The notes: generated from the letters alone by a model not told the origin. A DNA stretch of 64,000 nt from Takakia lepidozioides (GCA_030704615.1 CM060731.1:46872001-46936000); one strand, 5' to 3'; positions 52,240 through 64,000 are shown, counted from the stretch's first letter. Made by a program: numbers and translations.

Positions 52240-52305
52240 ATGGGCTCTCTTGCTTTGGCAAAACATAAGAGGAAGGGAATGCTTTGCCAAAGCAAGAGAG
52301 CCCAT
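52240..52305. repeat. Perfect 23-bp inverted repeat with 20-nt spacer
   Basis: ATGGGCTCTCTTGCTTTGGCAAA (52240-52262) and its exact reverse complement (52283-52305). Confidence 0.95.
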
Positions 52306-53462
52306 GACTGAGCACAACACACCAATGAGAGCCTTGACACGGTGTAAGGTCCTTTGCCACATTTTCTCCATTGACTTCAACATGATGCAAAGTCTCTCTC
52401 TACAAGAGAGCCAATAAATCCGGAGCCTGGGGACCATCCAGAGGCAGTGAACCATAGGGAAGCCAAGAGGACCTAGTTTATAGCCAGAGCTTTTCCAGTG
52501 ACAAAAAGATGAAGGGAACTCCAGTGAATTTGAAAGCTTATTACTGAGAAGCTTTTTAAAATAACATAGTGAGAAATTATCAATTCTCACATGGGAGGCC
52601 AAGAAGAGATTGGACAAACCATGATTAGTAAACCAGTTAGCTGGGAAGCTAACCACGGTTGACGGTTAGAAGGCGTCCCTTCTGGAGAGCTCTTTGCACC
52701 CACCCCCCTCTTTCTCTCTCCCTTGTATCTGTTTCCACTGTCGATCTTCTCATTCACATCACCTCATCTTCGCTGAGATCCCTACCCACTTTGGAGTTTT
52801 ACCACCTCCATCATCTTTCTTGGGGCCTCGGATTTCGGTGAAGAGCATGTTTGAAGCTCCGGTTTGATTCATCAAGAAAACAGTGAGCAGCTTACATACT
52901 TAAGATCTGTTTGGATTAGTTTGTAACTTAACAGTAGTTTGGATTTTACACTTCTGAGTTGGTGGTGTAGAAATTCATGTGGGTTTACACACCAATCGCT
53001 AGTTTCTACAACTCAAATCTTGAGCTTCAAGGATCGGTTTTTCGACGTTCATACGTTACGAAGTGGGATAAGTGTAGAGAAAGTCCATGCTTCGTTAAGA
53101 TGCATTCTCTTGTGGATTTTCTGTTCTGTGTATATGGAAATGTGAGGAAGAAGCGATAGGTCTGTGGCTCGTTGTCAATCGGTGCTTGTCATTGTGCCCA
53201 GCCCATCGTCCTAATTAAGTACTCCAATTCGCTCTATTTGACATCTTCCATGTGACAACGCTGTTTTAGTACAATGCTCACTTCATCTAGAATTCTTGAT
53301 GTTACCTCCTAACCTGCAACACTTTGGAGATTTCTGGTGCCTGCGACAATTCTCTTGATCTGGGTCCTCCCTGGAATAGATATCCGCAAGCTTGAAACCC
53401 AGGAAAAATTACGAGGCAAGCAGACCTGTTGCGGTCCTATTCAACAAAAATCAGGGTAGAAC

Positions 53463-55271
53463 ATGGACCTATCGTCCATCCGCGATGCATTTGATCGCGT
53501 CTCCAAAAAGCAGAAAGTTTGGTACGGAAAGACACAAGAAAATCTGGACAAAGTGCTTCACATAATTGAGGAAGCTGCTGGGGAGTTGTTAAAGGTGTCG
53601 GAGGGCTCAGATGATCTTCGGGCTGACCACAAGGCACTGCTTGCAGCCTTGCAGGCAAGCTTTCTTCTTCCATTATAATCACTTAGGCTTTCCAATTGCG
53701 AGAGTAAATTGTACCCCATAACTGAGTTTGGGTCTATATGTGACATTGCGATTTTTTTTGTTCTAGTAAGTATCACATCTCAGGCGCCCTGGTCGTGGTA
53801 CTGAGCATCTGAATCTACTGTCATTGTTGGTGGCAGGCAAAATTGCGGGAGCTGGGTCCTTCGAATCACGTGGCAGCGCCTCTCAAGGACACCAACTTAG
53901 CCATGAACAAGTGTGGGAAACAGATAGACAAATTCTTTTGTCCGGACATTGCCAAAGCATACAGAGAAGTGGAATTTGCGGGGCGTCTCATGAACCAAAT
54001 AGTGGCTTTGCATTTCTACAGGCAGGGCTTGTTCGATCTGGGCGACTGCTTTGTTGCAGAGGCAAGTGAGCCTGATGCCCCTTCGCTCAAGGCTCCCTTC
54101 TTTGAAATGTATCAAATTCTAGAGCAGATGCGAAGGGGAAACTTGGGGCCGGCTCTGGCCTGGGCAAAATTGCACGGAGAAGCATTGGAGCACAAACATT
54201 CGTCACTTGAATTCAAGCTCCAGAAGCTCCAGTTCGTCCAGTTCCTTCACGGGGGTGGTCGCGCTGCGGCCCTTGAGTATGCTAGGAGCTCGTTTGGGCA
54301 GTTTGCTGGCCAACATATGCCCGAGATTCAAAGATTGATGGGGTGTTTGCTTTGGGCTGGGCGTTTGGCGACCTCCCCGTACTCTGATTTGCTGGCGACT
54401 GAGCACTGGGAGGCTGTCGCTCTCGAGTTCCAACGCGAGTGTTGTGGTCTGCTTGGACAGGCCTATGAAAGCCCCTTGCTGGTTGCTATTTCAGCGGGAT
54501 CTCAGGTTGGTTTCTTCTCACTGAAGATGTTTTGAGCATGGGGAGTCTGGCGTCCCATTGAAATAAACAAACAACACATAACACTTCATTCTGTACAGAA
54601 ATTCAAGGAACAAACAACACATAACAGACAATCAGATTTGTCTATTTGCCACTCACTCTGTTTCAAGATTGGAGGGGGAACTCTTGGATGCAGTTCTACA
54701 AGAAACCCCTGTGACCAGTGGGGCAAATGATATGAAATATTGCAACCTGCTATGCGCATTCACAACTCCACTTAGACAGATGGATACAGCATAGCACATT
54801 TCTCGATCGAAGCTATACCGAACCAGTCCACTCGAAATCACTAGCTTGTTGGTCAGAGAACAGAACGAATACATGACTTAAAATCTCACCAACTGAAGTT
54901 GAACTCAAGCAGAGTGAGTAGTGTTGTGTGATTAGAATTCAACTTCTAAAACACAACCCAATGTGCAGGCCCTCCCCACACTCTTGAAGCTTGCAACAGT
55001 GATGGCAAACAAGAAACACGAGTGGCAGGCGATGAAGCAGTTGCCAGTAGAGATAGAGCTCAGTAAGGGCTTTCAGTTCCACTCCATTTTTGCATGCCCT
55101 GTTTCGCGTGACCAAAGCACTGCGGACAACCCACCTATGCTCTTGCCCTGTGGCCATGTACTGTGCAAGCAGTCCATTCACAAGCTTGCCAAGGGAAACA
55201 ACAGGACTTTTAAGTGCCCTTATTGCCCTTTGGAAACCACAGTTGCACTCTGCCGGCATATTTTTTTCTAG
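53463..55271 (+). CDS. RMND5: RMND5/GID2 RING subunit of the CTLH/GID E3 ligase
   Basis: Exons 53463-53654, 53837-54505, 54969-55271 (intron 1 is GC-AG). LisH (NQIVALHFYRQG), CTLH (SSLEFKLQKLQF), CRA (EIQRLMGCLLW) and degenerate RING (FHSIFACPVS..LPCGHV..FKCPYCP). Confidence 0.95.
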
Positions 55272-55965
55272 CCCTTCGTTTGGTAAACTGCTGGATGTGG
55301 ATTATGGACCATGGGTTGAAGCACTTCCAAGATGAGAACACTCAACCCTTCAACAGAATCACTGACAAATGTTGCATACTAGAACAACTGCATCCTCATA
55401 CTTGGTAGGCAGAACATAACTACCTCTGGAAGTCTAAAGATTAGACCTTCCATGCGCCACTAGCGAAGATGATAAATGAGACAACACTTGTAGCGAGCTT
55501 TTACATTGGGCATTGGATTTGAGCAGTCTTACGGAAGTGCAGGGACATTTCATGTGTAACTGTAACTGAAATTTTTTTAGTTTGGGGAGTTTCACAAATA
55601 ATCTTCCTGGAGGAGAAGAGAACCAGACCAGGATACTTTCTTATCTTCCTGTGTGCTCATAATTGAGCATATGCCTGCAATCCTTTTGAAGATTAGGCTT
55701 GTCCCTCAACACAACAAGCCCACATTTGGAAGACAAGAACAAAAAAAGAAAAGGCCTGACAACAACAAGGATTGAACTCGATGCTGAAACTCTGCCAAAA
55801 CTTCTACCAACGGGTAGTCTTAAGTGGATTCTAGTATTCAGTCATTGCTAGTGTTATCCACAAGTCCCAAACATGGCTATGGCTAGCAGTCTCTCAAATT
55901 TGTGTCCGAACCTAAATCAACAACTGGATGACTCTGGATCTGGCAGTACGTAGTCGTCAGGATAT

Positions 55966-58900
55966 CTAGTAGCCACCTTCACCAGTATTTGCAATGGCAA
56001 GGACGCGGTCAGAGAACTGAGTATCTCGGTGGTGGTGACAGACGGTTGCCAATACCTCAACCACCAAACCAGGCTTCTTCTTGGCACACTCCTCAGCAGC
56101 TTTGCAAACACCCTCCTGCAGTCAATTAATTAATTCGTCATGGAGAGTGCTTTCCAATTATCCACACAACTGAGGTTGACATATCTTGGGAGAGTAAAAC
56201 TTATTCCTCATGTTGGAGCAAGTATGATTCTGTCTGAAGTACCTGGATTTGCGGATTAAGGTCGTCCATGTGCACAATCAGATTTGTAAGGAAGCTCTGT
56301 ACCTGAACACCCACACACGTACTCTCCCCTTATAACTTTCTTCTTTGTCTCCAATTTTCCCAGCATCATAGCATGTACAGGTTTCGAATCAGATGTACTA
56401 CAGAACTAGAATCTACCCTCAACTAGATGTCCTAATCTTATTGTAGCACATCCCCAGAATGGAATATGGGCTCGGATGGTACCCTGATGTTCAGCTCTAT
56501 GAAGTCATCACATCTTACCCCAATTAGGAACCTTAATTATGCAGACTAACACTATCGTAAAGGGATGAGGACCATTCGTAGCCTCCAAGTTCAAGAATCT
56601 AGACAACAAACAAAGGTGTTTAATAGAGAAATGGATGACATAATAGGCGTGTCCAGTGAAGAAAGTGCTAGCCACTAGGTTAGGGGCCAACGACAAAATT
56701 TGACAGACCAGGTGGCTTACACCACAAAAAGATTTAACGGGTACGTACACTTGCGTCACTGAAAGCTGCTGGCATGGTGCAAAAGAAGGCAGCTATGGCA
56801 GGCAATATGCCAATGCGCACATTGTCACTGCTGTCATCCAGGCGTTTCTGCAGGTCCATAATTAGTGTGCTTCTTTGTTCATCTGCCCAGCCACAAGCAT
56901 ACCCACACAGAGCTTCTTGAGACAGATTAAAGACAGACACCAAGAATGATGTTGATGTTACTGCGAAAGCTAGAGACTTCATTGGACCCCAGTGAAGGTC
57001 AACTCCGTTTGTTATTCACACTACAACAATGTAACCTAAGGGTAGTAACCAAACAAGGTACCGTCCAGAATATGGCCACTGATCCGAAGAAACTGATACA
57101 TAACATGGCAAGTAACTCGGCGCATGTCCAGAAAATAGTCTTCTTCTAGGCATGATTTCACCACTGGTAAAAATCCCTGTGGAGTATGCATCACTTCCTC
57201 CAAATGTGCCTGCCCACGAGCCAATGTGGAAATCTTGTGGACAAATTAGAGAGGTTATAATTCACAGGACCTAGGCTACAGGACCTTTTACAAATGTCCC
57301 ATGCATAGTGCATTAATCCAATTTGGTTTTGATATGCACTTGAAAGATTGTGATGCATAGCAAAACAGCAAAACCACATAATAACAGTATGAATTCTGAC
57401 TCTGGCTTTCTTACAAGTTCCCATGAATGCCACTAGTGGCACTTCAATTGGATGCCTAGCATTGAGAAAAAGACTGATAAGAGCGATCCCTCCATGGCCA
57501 TTGAGAGAAACTACAATGTTTTACAGGATAAACCATTTACTGATGGTGATGTTCATTTGACACTTTGACTACACAACAAAAGAAAGCAATACTGATAAAT
57601 CACAGCGACCTAGATAACATGAACCTGTTGAGATATATGAGGGGGTTTGTTGCCAACCTGGCTACAGAGATCTCTGCCTAAAAATGTTCCCAGAGCCACC
57701 ATTGCAGCATGTCGGATTGCAGCTGCAGTCTGCATTTGTCAATCAATCAATTGATCACGAGATGAAAGATTTGTTAACTGTTCAGTGAAAGAATTGTGTG
57801 GGTTCAAAGGTAATGAAAGGATACGTGTGATCAGTGAATAATCTATTCCAGTTTCCATTTCCAACGATCAGACATGGTCTACCTTGCTAGCACGCCAAAC
57901 ACCACATGGAATGAGTAGATCCCCAATGATTTTCGGTGCAAGAGGGGACCACCAGTGCCCCAACTGGCAGTTCTCAAACAACTCATCCAGCAGCTGTTTG
58001 ACTCGCCCACCAGGTCATGAAAAGCAATGGATTGATATAAGAAACCCCACACAGGGATTACAAGTTAAACTCAACACAGTATCTTGATGAAAAAAGGAGT
58101 TCTGGAGGGTTTCAGTAGCGGCATGTGACTAGACTATTCAAGAATCTGTCTACCAAAGTGAAAGAGTTACTAGGAGGTGTGCAATTATCAATCACAAGGG
58201 CAGCATCCAGTGGTATGGATAAATGACAGATGGGATACATCCTTGAGAAGAGGTCTCCGGCACAAAGCCGGCGTAACTAAGAGCCACTTCGCCTTGCGGC
58301 TACTGCCCCCCCCCTTCGAGGGTGGGCCCTATACGATGCATCCTTTATACCATCCTATCTGCCTCAATAAACGGTGATGATGTTTTGAGTGTACATGAAC
58401 AAGTAACATACCTGCAAGAAGCTGATTCGAAGAGCTGGGTCCTGGTCAAGTTGTAAGCAAGCTCCAAATAAGGGCAGCAATGATTTGAGATAAGGACCAA
58501 CCTATCAACCAACACCGTATGTGGTCTTTGGAAAAGTGCAAAGTGCGGTGCCCATCTGAGAGTTTTCTTTGCATTTGATTTCCTGGATGACCCCAGATCC
58601 TGACATGATACCATCTTCCACTTGACTTGAACATGCACTGTTAATAATAATAATACCAAGAATCATTGACATTTTGTACTGCTAAGTCTACCAACTGCCC
58701 ACACAGCAGCTAGTTAGAAGACTTCATTAAAAGACAGACTTTCAACTTTGTTGAGGTAACAGTCTTCTCTAACCCAGTTTGCCACAATGTGGAGTGACGT
58801 TTAAAGTCCCAAAGAGGAGGCCTGGTGCAAAAACCCGATAAATGTGACTTGCTCCTTGTGGGTGGAGGTTTAGAAACAAATTGAGTACAATAAGCCAGAG

Positions 58901-61900
58901 GTTTAGTGCCTTCAACAGCAAAAGTTTCCATTTCTGGTACAAATTTGACTTCTGAAAGCTATATGCTAATATCCCCCAAAGCCCTTCATGATGGGGGCTC
59001 ATAGATCATTGGGCAGCACTGAACCATGACTACTGCATGGGCTAGTTCTTGATGAGTATTGCAGCTCTATCAAAGGATATGAAGTGGAATGTGTTTACGT
59101 TGTACGTACTGTATCACTGGCGTTACGCATGAACGTCTGGAAGAGGAGCTTTCCTGGCAGACCAGAGGACCAGCCTTCATACCCAAATGTGACAATTTCC
59201 ATCAGACTCTCGATATGCTGTACATAGAGCTCTCTTGCAGAATCCATACCCATTACTTTTGCAAGGGCCTTGAGTACATGGCCTGCTCTCTCTGGTAAGT
59301 CCGTATCCCCTTCCATAGATTGGACCTGCATGTAATCCAAAATCTGTTGACATTAAGGCTCTCTATGAATCATTCTACACATAAGAGAGAGATTATACTT
59401 GCCTACCTGTCTCAATTTGAAGTGGTTCCTTCCAAACCGAGTTAAAATCTAGCTGTTTGATGAATGTTTGTCTGAATTCCTCACTCTCGGAACCCGGACA
59501 TGGACATCTCATGCTGCTGTACAAGGTCTAAGAAACAAGGATGTTTACCTGAAGCAGCAACACAAAGAGTTTGAAGGAAGAGGATCCACAAAGAGGTCCA
59601 GCGACTTCAACAATATTGGTTAAGACCGCAAGGAGCTGCCATTGCAAGAAGTCGTTATCCAAAACATCTTTCAGTTCCAATTTACATGAAACACTAAGCA
59701 CTTTATTCAATTTGCAAGACTAGTACAGTGGTCTTTTGTGAGGTTGTAGCAAGCCACTGTTTGCTGCCTGAGACATAATTTTTTGCGGGCCTCCTGCAAT
59801 GCCTGAGGGAAATTTAGCAGCAGAGTGAGGGAGAGAGGGAGAGAGAGAGAGAGAAGGTACACATGAGACATTGTTTGCTGTAGCTTTGTGGCCATTGACC
59901 CACAGAGAGAGACAGAGAGAGAGCTACAGCAATGATTAGAGCTTCCCTCCAGAAATCAAGGTCATGCTGACTTGCTTGAGATTTTCCCCCAAAATAAGCT
60001 TTAGAAAAAAATGAAGGTAGATGCGAACTGATACAGCACACCATATATTGTCTTGCAAAACTGCATCACGGTTGCATTTCAGAACACAAAGCACCGCATG
60101 TATTTACAAGGTGATGGCATGCAGGGAATTAGACTGAGGAACTTGGAGTACCTGACACTGGACAGCAGGATGATGGCTACAGCAGATGTCTGCCTGATAA
60201 AGCCCGTCACTCAACTGCCCACAGTACACCGTCAGAAAATAAAAAGCCTATCAATCATGGATTATTCTGAGCCTCAGTTCCTTTCTGCCAGTAAAAGTTT
60301 TAAAGAAACACCATGTGCAACTAACATGGTTTTCTTTTCGTAGACAAATCCCATCCTTTTGGATGCTTTCTATGTCTTTTAGGTAGCACATTGAATGCTA
60401 GCACCTGCTTTTTTAAAAGATTTACCTTGAAGGCTATGGTATCCTTTAAATCCTGAAATGTCACTGCAGTTTCCAGCGTTTCACATCCGAACAGTTTTTG
60501 AACCATATCATTTCAGATGGACACCAGTGAGATTGTCTGAAATCTCGATCTCTTCAGAATATTGTGGAGTGAACACTGTTCATACGGTTAGAACTCCATC
60601 TCTGGTGTTGTGCATACCTGACTTCCAGTGGGGAATCGTACCACTTATTAAATACTGCACATGACGGAGTCCAACTAGATCTTGTAGATTGCAAGCTACC
60701 ATGTCAACATACCTGGACTATGAATTGCTCTTGCAGTTCATGCGGCGGGGTCCCATAAAGCAGGCCGGCCACAACGACCAGCACATTTGCTCTCTGTCAC
60801 AGCACACACACGATTACAAATTCCACATGCTGTTATCCGGCTATATCTGTGGGACATACTGCTGATCAGGGTTCAATCTGGGCCCAGTATATGCGCAACG
60901 ACAAAGTGAGATTGTTCCATTCTCAATGCCGGTGAAAACCTTTGGCAGAATATCTTCTATAGGCTAACCTTTAAGAACCTCTTCATGTTGAATGGTTGTT
61001 TTTGGGTTCTTGTTGAGGGGCCTACATCCTTTCTATTTTCCTGCTTTCTTCCTGTCCCATAAGCTCTTTCAGCTTTCTCTTGACACTATAAAGTCACTTT
61101 CTTTGCAAATTTCCAATATTCAGTTTGCATCGTCTGCTATGGACAGATTGACGCAGGGCAAGGCTGCCTCTATACGCCTTCAGGCTAAATGCAAAATGTT
61201 GTTGGTGCCTGACGTGCACTAGAGAAGAGAGACGGGAGATTGAGACTGAAGAACATTTCTTCTTCCGCTGTCCATTGTGAGGACCAGAAATGACTGGCAG
61301 CATATCTACGTGAGGCTCTCCACCTTCAAGAATCTCCTAGTTTTGAGCCTTGAATGTTATTTTTGGGCTGCTTGCTGAGGGGCCCACTTCATTCTTGTAT
61401 CATACTTTCTTTTGTCCCATAAGCTCTTTCAGCTTGCCATAGATGTTATGAAGTTCCTTTCCTCTTCCTTACTTTCTCCTCCGCCCAAATTAAGTACCAT
61501 TCCATTTCATTTCCTCCGCCCAACTTAATATTCTATGAAGGTTAGAGCAGCAGCTACACTCACTTCTCCCAGTTGGACACGTCAGCTTTGAAGTGACAGA
61601 GTACTATGCCCTCTGCTCCTCCCATTCCTTCCTCCCCACCCAACTCAAACCATTGGACAAACTACAACAGGTGACTACAACATCCGCGACATTCACCAAT
61701 CACCTGATGGCCAAAAAGAAATCCTTTGCCCCCAACCAAATAAAAAGCTATAGAAAGCCCAACAAAACACTTCAGTGCTACTTGACCAAACGGCATTGGG
61801 TACCTGAGGTTGGCTTGAGCATGGGCTTGTAAGAGGGTCAAGCACCAGAGGCAACCACTCCTTAGCGGATACATGGAAGCCCAGGACATGCACAGCTGCA

Positions 61901-63117
61901 ATGACCTGCTGTGCTACCGCAACATCATCATCGCCAACTGCACTGCATTGAATCCACAATAATGAAATTGTCAAGTCTCAGAACACTGTTAACTCATGTG
62001 AGAAAACCGTTTCGCAATCAGCAAAGGTAATATAACCTAGTGTGGCCTGTGCCGTTGAGCACATAAAAAAGAGGTATTTTTTCTATTTTTCATGAATTTC
62101 CGGCGACGAAAAATACTTGAAATTCAAAATCTCCCACACCGTAGGTCCAAAAATTATGAAACCACCTTGATGCACACCTACGCATCGAGAGCATTCCAGC
62201 GGTGTCAAGAACCTGTGCGGAGGCCTTGCGGTTTGGGAGATCTCACCGTAAATACAAACAAACAAAACAAAACAAAACAAAACAAATTAAACGACCTTGC
62301 TTAATATATTGATCCCAATCTTTGCTGTAATACTATAGGTGTCTTCTTTTACATATTGGTATTAAAAATTAAAAATACAATAACAAGCCTCACTAGAGAT
62401 GGTTTTTCACATTATCTCATCAGTCTAAGACAAAAACGAATGTTGGATGGTGCACCCAAGGCTTTCTGGGTGGTAATCACTGAAAGCTTTCACGAGCCCT
62501 TCAGGCATCCCAGTCCTGTTCCATGATAACTGCCTCAACACTGGCAGATGAATTGACCATCTACACTTATGCAGAGAAGATTATTTGGCACGGTGTCTAT
62601 GATTAGGAGGTTTCCAGTTACCCTTTTGACTAGTAATAAATGGGCCAAATCCATTGATATGGATCTGCTCCTAGCAGGAAGAATACGTGGATGAAATACA
62701 AAGGGCTGACCTGCAGAGAGCGGGAAACAGCAAATCCAAGTGGTCAACAGCATGCCTCTCTGCTAACACCTGTGATCAAACTCCCATACAATACAATGTG
62801 AACATTTGATAGTAGCCACCACCCAAGGCTTGCCTCTCTCTCTATGGTATCATTTCTTTCATTTCATCTGTCTCTCTACTCTGTTGGTCTACTAGAGACC
62901 CGTAGGCCCTCCTTGCCTGCTGTGGATCCAGTAGATTTCTTCTCTTCTCACAGAGGACGCATAGAAGACATAATATTGCCTATGTGACTGAGGGCAGTTA
63001 GCAGGAGGGGATACTAACCAGCATTGTATGCAGCAGACGGGCTGCGCCCAACCGGGTGGGCACAGTCCACTCACGCAGATCCTTTAGGGTGGGAGTTATC
63101 AGTGGTCTTAGGAAAGC
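55966..63117 (-). CDS. DNAAF5: Dynein axonemal assembly factor 5 (HEATR2), 5'-partial
   Basis: In-frame exons 63117-63019, 62769-62711, 61942-61804, 60793-60713, 60214-60152, 59635-59549, 59325-59110, 58501-58412, 57993-57883, 57729-57658, 57209-57062, 56882-56749, 56302-56243, 56115-55966. HEAT-repeat motifs typical of HEATR2: LKDLREWTVPTRLGAARLL, VWRASKTAAAIR, KRLDDSSDNVR, IVHMDD..IQ. Upstream exons were not found in the window. Confidence 0.85.
59857..59901 (-). mobile_element. Intronic LINE 3'-end family, copy E (~45 bp) embedded in (CT)n
   Basis: Reverse strand GGGTCAATGGCCACAAAGCTACAGCAAACAATGTCTCATGTGTAC with CT microsatellite on both sides. Confidence 0.8.
60970..61465 (+). repeat. 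Two diverged ~140-bp copies of dispersed repeat family 2
   Basis: ~60970-61105 and ~61325-61465 share TTGGG..TTG.TGAGGGGCC.AC.TC..TTTCTT..TGTCCCATAAGCTCTTTCAGCTT. Confidence 0.75.
62060..62310. mobile_element. Probable non-autonomous repeat ending in (CAAAA)n (Helitron-like?)
   Basis: CpG-containing AT-rich insert with GGTTTGGGAGATCTCA followed by (CAAAA)n and CCTTGCTTAATATAT. It resembles, from memory only, an abundant moss repeat. Confidence 0.45.
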
Positions 63118-63944
63118 CTGCCATAGACACCAAAAACAAGGCAATTGATCACTGCACAGCGGATTACATGCAATTACATTGTTAGTCTATGGTATTCAAT
63201 TCCAGAAACTGACCCCAATCACTAGTTCAGGCATTCCATGTCCCAAAGGTTGGCATCTTCCTGCAGATGCTGTGACCTATCTTAATCACAAAAACAGCGA
63301 TGCTAATCTAGACTGTCCACATCGACTCTTCAGTGGTCTTCCAACAGGCACATGTGGAAGAAGCAAGGCTTGAGGAAAAAGGTACCAAAAGATATGAAGA
63401 AGAGAGGATAGGGAGGCAAACACAGATACTCAGATATATGATGGCTGGGAGAAGAAGGGACATCTTGAGATGAGATTAAAAGAAACTTCTCATTGTGGAC
63501 TCCAATCTTCAATCTGCCCCTCAAAGTCCGAAATATTCCATTAAATGCTAAATCTCTCACGAGTGATAACTTGGTAGATCTGTCCTTATCATTTTCGATT
63601 ATACACCAGCATGCAAGGTGAAGCTAAATCCCCTCCCAAGGACACAAATTGGAAAAGCTCTCCTATGGAAAAAGGAACGTATAACCAACACCACAAATCA
63701 AATTTCGCAAACCAAAAATGTGACACTAATGCGGGACCAGAGTCTATACTGCATAACTCTGGCCACCAGCCCAGCCGATGAAAACCCATCACTTACTTTG
63801 ATTCCTTGATGCACCATGTTGAAATAGCTCTTGGCCTCTCCTCTCAGTGTGGCCCTTCCACGCTATGAGCCAATATAGTGATGTAAAAGTTAAACATGGA
63901 GCCAAGGCCTGGGCCTTGGCCTTGCCATGTCCATGGGAGGCCAA

Positions 63945-64000
63945 GAAAGAAATGAAATGATACTTTATGAAGTCCACAGAAAGCTCAAAGAGCTTATGAG
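63945..64000 (-). repeat. Dispersed repeat family 2 copy, truncated by window end
   Basis: Reverse complement CTCATAAGCTCTTTGAGCTTTCTGTGGACTTCATAAAG. Confidence 0.6.

Noticed and set aside
52198-52656. 152-aa minus-strand ORF upstream of RMND5
   Set aside because: Non-ATG start and no recognisable motifs; possibly decayed TE but unsupported.
63270-63380. Further upstream DNAAF5 exon
   Set aside because: No frame with convincing splice sites and HEATR2-like sequence.
1-64000. tRNA, rRNA, snoRNA, Fanzor/TnpB or prokaryotic/viral genes
   Set aside because: None recognised by eye; covariance-model and HMM scans would be needed to exclude them.

Overview
Eukaryotic nuclear DNA from a land plant. 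A DNAAF5/HEATR2 axonemal-dynein assembly gene implies flagellated sperm, so a seed-free plant is most likely (a moss is plausible but not proven). Bases 1-12 kb are transposon debris: a decayed L1/Tx1-type LINE, a GC-rich patch leading into a SWIM/MULE-family (At4g13970-like) pseudogene, a restriction-like-endonuclease (RLE) retrotransposon fragment and a second L1 fragment. Seven host genes follow: LETM1 (+, 14 coding exons), a UGNT1-like nucleotide-sugar transporter (-, 10 exons), an intronless F-box gene (+), an intronless apyrase (-), iPGAM (+, 9 exons), RMND5/GID2 (+, 3 exons) and a 5'-partial DNAAF5 (-). Between genes lie a pogo-like element, a long-TIR DNA transposon and a perfect 23-bp hairpin. 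The most unusual signals are (i) five intronic copies of a LINE 3' end with no poly(A) tail, all sense to the host gene, at TCT/(CT)n sites, two with 11-bp target-site duplications; (ii) many G-rich 3' splice sites lacking a polypyrimidine tract; (iii) the RLE-type retroelement. All calls were made by eye, without database searches.
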